In this document: positions 58,409 through 64,000 of the stretch, piece by piece
How the letters are laid out: each line of letters begins with the position of its first letter
How positions within the stretch are numbered: the stretch's first letter is position 1
From: Candidatus Omnitrophota bacterium
GTDB lineage: Bacteria; Omnitrophota; Omnitrophia; Omnitrophales; Aquincolibacteriaceae
Assembly: GCA_022711115.1 (NCBI GenBank)
Contig: JAKLFP010000001.1
Span: 325,183 to 389,182, forward strand
Reading direction: 5' to 3'
Length of the DNA: 64,000 nt
Notes under the pieces: generated by a model
The model's database searches: none
What the model saw: only the letters and a program-made list of their open reading frames with translations
What the model was told of the DNA's origin: nothing
Position numbers and translations under genes: made by a program

Positions 58409-59980
58409 TTACTCCAGGTATTTTTCTTCGGTATTAATGGCCCAGATGTTGTCTTTGGTATGCCGATGGTCCACGATATTGCCAACCGCAGCCATGGCCG
58501 TCATCATCGAGTGATCCATGTTGTTATACCGGTGCATCCCATTTCTTCCGACAAGAAACAAATTTTCGAAAGAATCAGTAAAGTTTTTTATGGAGGCAAA
58601 ATGCGCGTAGGCTCCGTAGTAAGCGGGGTATGCCTTTGGCATGCGGATCACAACGGCATCGAGCGCATCTCTCGATTCACGGAGAAATCCTATTTTTAAA
58701 AGCTCTCCAATAGCCATGGCGATGATCCCGGCATCGGCTTTTTTCCAAAAGGCATCCCCTATATTGCAGAAATATTCCAGTCCAAGCCATACTGTGTTTT
58801 CATCCTGAACCAGATAGGGACTCCAATTATTAAATATCTGGATTCGCCCGAGTTTTACGGATTCATCCTGGATATAAAGCCAATGGTCAGGAATGATATT
58901 ATGAACTGTCTTGATGCGGGTTGTGTTCAAGATGTTAAGACGGCGCACTAAAAGCCCAACCGTTATAAAATCCCGGTACTCCAACTTTTTTGCGATATTT
59001 CTAACATCATCCGGAGCTTTATCCCCAAAAGCAGCTATGAGTTCTTTTACCGGCATGGTGGAAATAACGTGATCTCCTGTAACCATTTCACGATTTTGGT
59101 TCCGCTTATCACGCACCTCCACGGCTGTGATCCGTCCATCCTGGAAACGGAAACCAATCGCTTCATGGTTCAGCTTGATTTGTCCGCCCCGTTTTCTTAT
59201 GCGTTCCGCCACTTCATCCCATAGCTGGCCGGGACCAAATTTAGGATAAAGGAAAAGATCTATCAAGCTTGTCTCAATTTGTTTTTGTTCTGCTAAAGAG
59301 TCGTTCAAAAAAATCATCCGTTTAAATGCATGTGTTATAGCAGCCGCTATAGATACCCCTTTGATCCTTTGGGCGCCCCAAGCCGCATCAATCCTGGAGG
59401 AGGAGATGCCCCACACCTTGTGCGTATAGTTCTCGAAAAAGGTGCGGTAGAGGGTTTTGCCAAATCTATTGATCAAAAAGTCTCGGAGGGTTTTTTCTGG
59501 TTTTATCGGAAACAGACACGCCCAAAGATAACTCTGTATGATTGAAAGGACCCTGGAAATCCCAAGATTAAAAAATGTGTTGGGAGAAAATTCCACGGGA
59601 TAGTCAAAAAATTTTTTAAATGCGAAAACTCTTGAAATGCGCCTGCGATACAGCATGACCTTATCGGTTTTTTCAGGATCCGGAGCGCCGGGAATTTTTG
59701 ACAAAGGCAATGCCCTATTCAGTCGAATATCATCCCTTGCCGGGGCCCCTTGCAAGGGAAGTTTGTCGGTCCACCACTGCACAATCTTGTCTGATTTGGA
59801 AAAAAATCGATGACCTCCTATATCAATACAGTTTCCTTTGTAGCGAAATGTTTTGGAAATCCCCCCGACTTGATCTTCGGATTCAACAATGATAGGAATG
59901 GCATTGGTACGCTCCAACACTTCATAGGCTGCGGTCAGTCCTGCGGGTCCTGCGCCAATAATGATGATTTGTTGGGTCAT
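58409..59980 (-). CDS. FAD-dependent oxidoreductase (amine oxidase / UDP-galactopyranose-mutase-like Rossmann family)
   Basis: 523 aa. N-terminal [16 protein letters not shown] ... GGISKTF ... GGHRFF dinucleotide-binding pattern. Confidence 0.6.
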   Translation of the reverse strand: MTQQIIIIGAGPAGLTAAYEVLERTNAIPIIVESEDQVGGISKTFRYKGNCIDIGGHRFFSKSDKIVQWWTDKLPLQGAPARDDIRLNRALPLSKIPGAPDPEKTDKVMLYRRRISRVFAFKKFFDYPVEFSPNTFFNLGISRVLSIIQSYLWACLFPIKPEKTLRDFLINRFGKTLYRTFFENYTHKVWGISSSRIDAAWGAQRIKGVSIAAAITHAFKRMIFLNDSLAEQKQIETSLIDLFLYPKFGPGQLWDEVAERIRKRGGQIKLNHEAIGFRFQDGRITAVEVRDKRNQNREMVTGDHVISTMPVKELIAAFGDKAPDDVRNIAKKLEYRDFITVGLLVRRLNILNTTRIKTVHNIIPDHWLYIQDESVKLGRIQIFNNWSPYLVQDENTVWLGLEYFCNIGDAFWKKADAGIIAMAIGELLKIGFLRESRDALDAVVIRMPKAYPAYYGAYAHFASIKNFTDSFENLFLVGRNGMHRYNNMDHSMMTAMAAVGNIVDHRHTKDNIWAINTEEKYLE

Positions 59981-60063
59981 GTAAACCTTTATATCATTTC
60001 AAAATTCGGTTGTCTGCCTTTGTGTTATGGAATTATGAATAGATTTTTAAGTGTTCGTCATTC

Positions 60064-61059
60064 CTAGACTTTAGAAAAGACCCGTTTTTTAGTGAGCGCA
60101 GACCCTAACCCGCAAACAATGCCAGCGGCCATGACTAAGTGATCAAAAAACGTGACGAAAAATGCCAAACCACCAAAGAGTAGATTTTTTTCTTTTACAA
60201 GAAAATAGATAAACCCAGAATTTAGGATAATCCAAGCAAGATACAAATTCAAGCATGGCCATAACAGATTCTGCTGAAATAAACCGACAAAGCTTAGCAC
60301 AACACAAACCGGAGCTAAAACGACGCTTAGAATCTGTTCTTTGGGAGAATGTGCAAAACCGGTTTTATTTCTAAATAATTGCCGCCATCCTTTATTTTTG
60401 ATAAAGATCAGGGCCCAGCTAAAAGGAATCAGAAAATCATTTTTGATGAAAGAAAAAAAACTATACTTCTTAAGATGCACCACCTCTAAATCCTTGAGAA
60501 AGGCAATTTCCCTGCCGGAGGAAAAAAGGGTTTGCCCCAATTCCGTGTCCTCTCCTTTTTCACTATCCAGATTGCTTAAAACGGCACATGCGCGCCGCAG
60601 CGCATAAATCGAGCCGTATAGAAAAGTAACCTTTTCGGGTAATTTTTCGAAAATATAATGCATATAAAAATTCTTATACAAGCTGAAAAAATTTTTATTA
60701 GAATGCTTTTTGGAAAGAAGCCCTGTGAGTGCATCCGTTTCTTGATGGCGAGAAAAAAAATCATTGATCTTGGATAAGGTGTCCGGTTGGATCAAAACAT
60801 CCGAATCAATATTAACGATGATTTCGCCTGCGGCAGATTGAACGCCGGACTGCCGCGCATAATTCCTTCCTTGATGTTTATCAAAAATAATAACTTTGTC
60901 GGCATATTCTTTGGCTATGAGCGATGTGCCATCTTGGCTGCCATCGTCCACCACGATAAGCTCATAATCTTTAAAATGGGAATCTCTTATAGCTTTTAGA
61001 CAAAGGCCTATCGTTTGCCTGTTATTAAAGGCCGGGACAATCACAGATACATGCGGCAT
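60064..61059 (-). CDS. GT2 family glycosyltransferase with C-terminal transmembrane segments
   Basis: VSVIVPAFNN, VVDDGSQDGT and DSD. ~4 C-terminal TM helices. Confidence 0.75.
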   Translation of the reverse strand: MPHVSVIVPAFNNRQTIGLCLKAIRDSHFKDYELIVVDDGSQDGTSLIAKEYADKVIIFDKHQGRNYARQSGVQSAAGEIIVNIDSDVLIQPDTLSKINDFFSRHQETDALTGLLSKKHSNKNFFSLYKNFYMHYIFEKLPEKVTFLYGSIYALRRACAVLSNLDSEKGEDTELGQTLFSSGREIAFLKDLEVVHLKKYSFFSFIKNDFLIPFSWALIFIKNKGWRQLFRNKTGFAHSPKEQILSVVLAPVCVVLSFVGLFQQNLLWPCLNLYLAWIILNSGFIYFLVKEKNLLFGGLAFFVTFFDHLVMAAGIVCGLGSALTKKRVFSKV

Positions 61060-61104
61060 ATGGTTTTTAACGGCAAAGTGCGAAAAATATTGTGCGCCTG
61101 CGGC

Positions 61105-62130
61105 TTAGAGATTGTTTTGATTGTTTTTCAGAAACTGATACAACACTTCATAATTTCTCTTTACATTCCTACCGATAATAAACGTATAAAACTTAGATCT
61201 CGCTATCAGTCTGAAATTATTATACATGCGCGATAAGATAATAGGAATACCTCCCAAAAGTTCAAAGAAATTCTTCTGCATGATAAATTCCATCCCCTGG
61301 TAGAGTCCGACTCCAACGACGGAATTCATCAGACAATGTTTGATCATTTTAAACTTCGATGCGCGGGTTATGGATGGCACCTCTCCTGTAGAGCGTATGC
61401 CTAACAGCACGAAGCCCGCCGGGGTTTCTGTGTGGGATATTCTGTCCGAAAAATAATTGATATCGATGGTGATCTTCGGACCGTGTTCCATTCTTTTAAC
61501 CGTGCGGATAAAACGATCGTCAATATTTGAAGTTGTTTCAGAAGGGATGGTCCCTATCCTTAACGGAAACGGCAATAGCATTCCTTGGTGTGTCAGCAAT
61601 GGAGAATCCTCCGAAAGCAGGTGGATGTCTGTGTCGGATGATCCAAGAATGCTCATAGCCAAAGTTGTCTTTCCGCCGCCGCTGGGCAGCATCACAAGAA
61701 CGCCTTGCCCTTTATACTCGATGCCTAGTGCGTGGATTCGATGGATTCTTTTTTTTTCGAGCTCTTCGGAAACACGAGATAAAATACTCAGGTAAAGTAT
61801 CTCATGGGCAAGGTCTTTATCTTTCGTGTAAATCTTGCATGAATTTTCTTTCTTATTATAAATATTTAACCCTTTGCCAAAATAATCGATATAAGCCGTT
61901 TCTTTTCCATTAAAGGTGATATTGCGAGGCGTGGCAGCGGATGCGGTGACGACGGGAAGATTGTTATAATCCGGATCACAATGATAGTATGCCAATTGAA
62001 CAGCGCATTGATCTGTAGCAGCTACAAAATAAGAGAAATCATGCGTGATGGCTTTGAGCATCTCGTCCTCGTCGCTTTCAACGCATACGCCCACGCCATA
62101 AAAAGAAAAGTGAACACGGTTTTTCTTCAT
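61105..62130 (-). CDS. HprK-like P-loop kinase domain protein of unknown function
   Basis: 341 aa. The central GQGVLVMLPSGGGKTTLAMSILGSSDTDIHLLSEDSPLL parallels the HprK C-terminal kinase domain (GVLV..G.SG.GKSE.AL.L...G..L..DD). Confidence 0.4.
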   Translation of the reverse strand: MKKNRVHFSFYGVGVCVESDEDEMLKAITHDFSYFVAATDQCAVQLAYYHCDPDYNNLPVVTASAATPRNITFNGKETAYIDYFGKGLNIYNKKENSCKIYTKDKDLAHEILYLSILSRVSEELEKKRIHRIHALGIEYKGQGVLVMLPSGGGKTTLAMSILGSSDTDIHLLSEDSPLLTHQGMLLPFPLRIGTIPSETTSNIDDRFIRTVKRMEHGPKITIDINYFSDRISHTETPAGFVLLGIRSTGEVPSITRASKFKMIKHCLMNSVVGVGLYQGMEFIMQKNFFELLGGIPIILSRMYNNFRLIARSKFYTFIIGRNVKRNYEVLYQFLKNNQNNL

Positions 62131-62170
62131 TGAGTGATGCCCTTTAGTTTGGTAAATGCATGATCGGTAT

Positions 62171-62944
62171 TTACACTGACAAGTGAGCCCAATGTTTTCT
62201 ATAACTCGCTACTATTTCTTTGGCAGGTCCAAAATCCACCTGTTTGCCATGGTCTAAAAGTAATGCCTTGTCACATACTCGTTCGATCAGTTCTAAATGA
62301 TGGGAAGCGGTTATAATCGATTTGCCCATTTTCCTATACTGGCTGAATACATTGAAACATTTTTCTTGAAATCCAAGATCACCGCCCGATAACATTTCAT
62401 CGAAAAAGAATATGTCTGCGGCGGATTCCTTGACGATCGCCATCGCCAATCGCAATATGGAGCCTGTTGACAAATCTCGTAGAGGGAAACAAATAAAATC
62501 TTTCAATTCAGAAAAATCGAGGATGTCTTCAAGCCTTTTATTAATTTCTTTCCTATTCAACCCCATAATGGCGCCAAAAAGATAGATGTTGTCCAGCACG
62601 ATCAGCTCTCGGTCCATGCCTACTTCAGATTGAAAATATCCGATAATGGATCCGTTGACTTCGACGGTTCCCGCAGTTTGTCTATAAATACCTGCGAGTA
62701 TTCTTAAAAGCGTCGTTTTGCCGGCGCCATTATGGCCGACAATCCCGATGTTTTCACCTTGCTTGAGCGCAAAGTTTATATCTTGGAGCGCCCAAACTTT
62801 CTTATCGGTTTTTGGACCAGCGACAACTCTTTTGAATAAGTTAAAAAGAGTCCGTTTTTGCGGTTGAACTAAAAAAAATTTGGACAGATTGTGAACTTCC
62901 AACACATGTTCCATGCTATACGGTCTCAACCATTTTAAATTCAT
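62171..62944 (-). CDS. ABC transporter ATP-binding protein, polysaccharide/teichoic-acid exporter type (Wzt/TagH-like)
   Basis: Walker A GHNGAGKTT, LSGG signature, Walker B. Confidence 0.8.
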   Translation of the reverse strand: MNLKWLRPYSMEHVLEVHNLSKFFLVQPQKRTLFNLFKRVVAGPKTDKKVWALQDINFALKQGENIGIVGHNGAGKTTLLRILAGIYRQTAGTVEVNGSIIGYFQSEVGMDRELIVLDNIYLFGAIMGLNRKEINKRLEDILDFSELKDFICFPLRDLSTGSILRLAMAIVKESAADIFFFDEMLSGGDLGFQEKCFNVFSQYRKMGKSIITASHHLELIERVCDKALLLDHGKQVDFGPAKEIVASYRKHWAHLSV

Positions 62945-63698
62945 GTCTCTTGAAAAAGCTATAGCCCATCATAAAAAAAACAGCGCATAGGCAAAAAATA
63001 ATCATAAAGTGTGAGAGGGTAGGAACCCTATGATATAAAAGGACATCTCTTGAAAAAATTATAATTTGCGTCATGGGATTGGCTAATACGAACCATTTCA
63101 TGTTGGGAGGTACCATCGATAAAGGGTAGAAGACCGGCACTAAAAAAAACAGCATTCTTGTCGCCATATTCCACACATGGTTTAAGTCCCTGGCATAAAT
63201 GACATAAATGCAGGACAAGAAGAACATCGCGCCCGCGATCAGTAAAATTTCCATAAAGATCAAAGGGAGAAGGAAAATGACATGCCATGAAATCCCATTG
63301 CCCGTAAAAAACATAAAAAGAAATATCAAGGCCAGTTCGAGGAAGTATTCAATTGTATACACGAGCAAATCGCTGAAGATCACTAATTCTTTGGGAAAGG
63401 CGACATTTTTGACCATCATTCCGTTGCTAAAAATAGCTGTGATCCCAAATCCTGTCGCAACGACAAAAAAATTCCAATTCACGGCTCCAATTAAAATATA
63501 TAAAAAGAAATTGATGTTGAACGCTTGTCCTATTTGATTTTTAAATAAAAAGAAGAGGATATTGGTCATGATGAGCGGGCTAAAAAAACTCCAAAGAAAT
63601 CCAAAAAATGTCGCCTGGTCTTTTCTTTTGAATTTAGCGATAGTAAATTCTTTTAATAAATTAAAATTCTTTTTAGAAAATAAATTCGAGTTTTTCAT
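62916..63698 (-). CDS. ABC-2 type transporter permease (Wzm/TagG-like)
   Basis: 260 aa, 6 TM helices. 29 nt overlap with the ATPase gene. Confidence 0.7.
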   Translation of the reverse strand: MKNSNLFSKKNFNLLKEFTIAKFKRKDQATFFGFLWSFFSPLIMTNILFFLFKNQIGQAFNINFFLYILIGAVNWNFFVVATGFGITAIFSNGMMVKNVAFPKELVIFSDLLVYTIEYFLELALIFLFMFFTGNGISWHVIFLLPLIFMEILLIAGAMFFLSCIYVIYARDLNHVWNMATRMLFFLVPVFYPLSMVPPNMKWFVLANPMTQIIIFSRDVLLYHRVPTLSHFMIIFCLCAVFFMMGYSFFKRHEFKMVETV

Positions 63699-63723
63699 CT
63701 ATTGATCCGTCGTTGATAACATT

Positions 63724-64000
63724 TCAATCTTTAGATAGTAACTTAAAATAGACGATATGCGCATATTTAATTATTTCCAATAGGATCCTTTTTATTTCCC
63801 TCAAATAGCTATTATTCAAATAATACTTCGTTCTCCATGGAAAATTACCGACTTTTCTTAAAGAATCATTGGTGATGATATGGTACTTCCCCGGATGAAG
63901 GCTCCAGTCACTCATAGGCGTCACCGCGGCTGACGCGACGCTGATGTTTTTTATGTATTTTTTGTTTTTCAGCATAAAACCGATGGTTTTTATATAATCG
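63724..64000 (-). CDS. hypothetical protein, partial; the reading frame stays open to the window edge beyond the ATG at 63975
   Basis: 83 aa ORF from the ATG at 63975. The frame upstream has no stop up to position 64000, so the true start may lie outside the window. Confidence 0.35.
   Translation of the reverse strand, partial: DYIKTIGFMLKNKKYIKNISVASAAVTPMSDWSLHPGKYHIITNDSLRKVGNFPWRTKYYLNNSYLREIKRILLEIIKYAHIVYFKLLSKD

Overview
This 64 kb window is chromosomal bacterial DNA from an unidentified organism. It is densely coded, with about 70 protein genes, mostly on the minus strand, and one tRNA-Ser(UGA). The proteins are lysine-rich and GC looks mid-40s% by eye. I found no rRNA, CRISPR array, transposase, integrase or phage genes.

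Left third (1-22.5 kb): a truncated mnmE, folC, purH, a pabC-like gene and pabB with a membrane acyltransferase inserted between them, a DUF1015 protein and a CsaA-like tRNA-binding protein. These are followed by an inositol-lipid cassette (myo-inositol-1-phosphate synthase plus a CDP-alcohol phosphatidyltransferase, followed by a secreted protein with a disordered tail), a CBS-HD-GYP phosphodiesterase and a two-gene operon with a circularly-permuted-ATP-grasp-like enzyme. Then comes a contiguous TCA operon (gltA, acnA, hemerythrin, mdh, icd), then suhB.

Middle (22.5-43 kb): housekeeping genes (mutY, pyrE, trmJ, rsmB, pepA, rnhA, cysE, ychF, rlmN, corA). Interspersed are two paralogous and three other small secreted proteins, and an excisionase-type helix-turn-helix (HTH) gene facing a 290 bp AT-rich palindromic control region. 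There is also a BNR-propeller plus four-helix-bundle pair, a stand-alone receiver domain and a PilZ protein. A membrane-anchored protein carries an arylamine-N-acetyltransferase-like Cys-His-Asp triad. A 570 bp stretch has no ORFs, and a GT-C-like membrane protein has an internal 129 bp tandem duplication.

Right third (43-64 kb): a glycan biosynthesis region. It holds a complete GDP-heptose pathway (transaldolase, gmhA, hddC, hddA, gmhB) and a nucleotide-sugar modification block (dehydrogenase, Gfo/Idh/MocA, SDR, epimerase). A methyltransferase and two GT2 enzymes are present, one of them DPM1-like and divergent from a PMT/ArnT-like GT-C. A second large polytopic membrane protein, an FAD oxidoreductase, an HprK-like P-loop protein and a Wzm/Wzt-type ABC exporter complete it.

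The most unusual candidates are the HprK-like kinase beside the exporter, the lipid-carrier GT2/GT-C pair beside the heptose genes, the NAT-like membrane protein and the palindrome-rich HTH locus. Every functional call rests on motif recognition by eye, so all of them need a database search.
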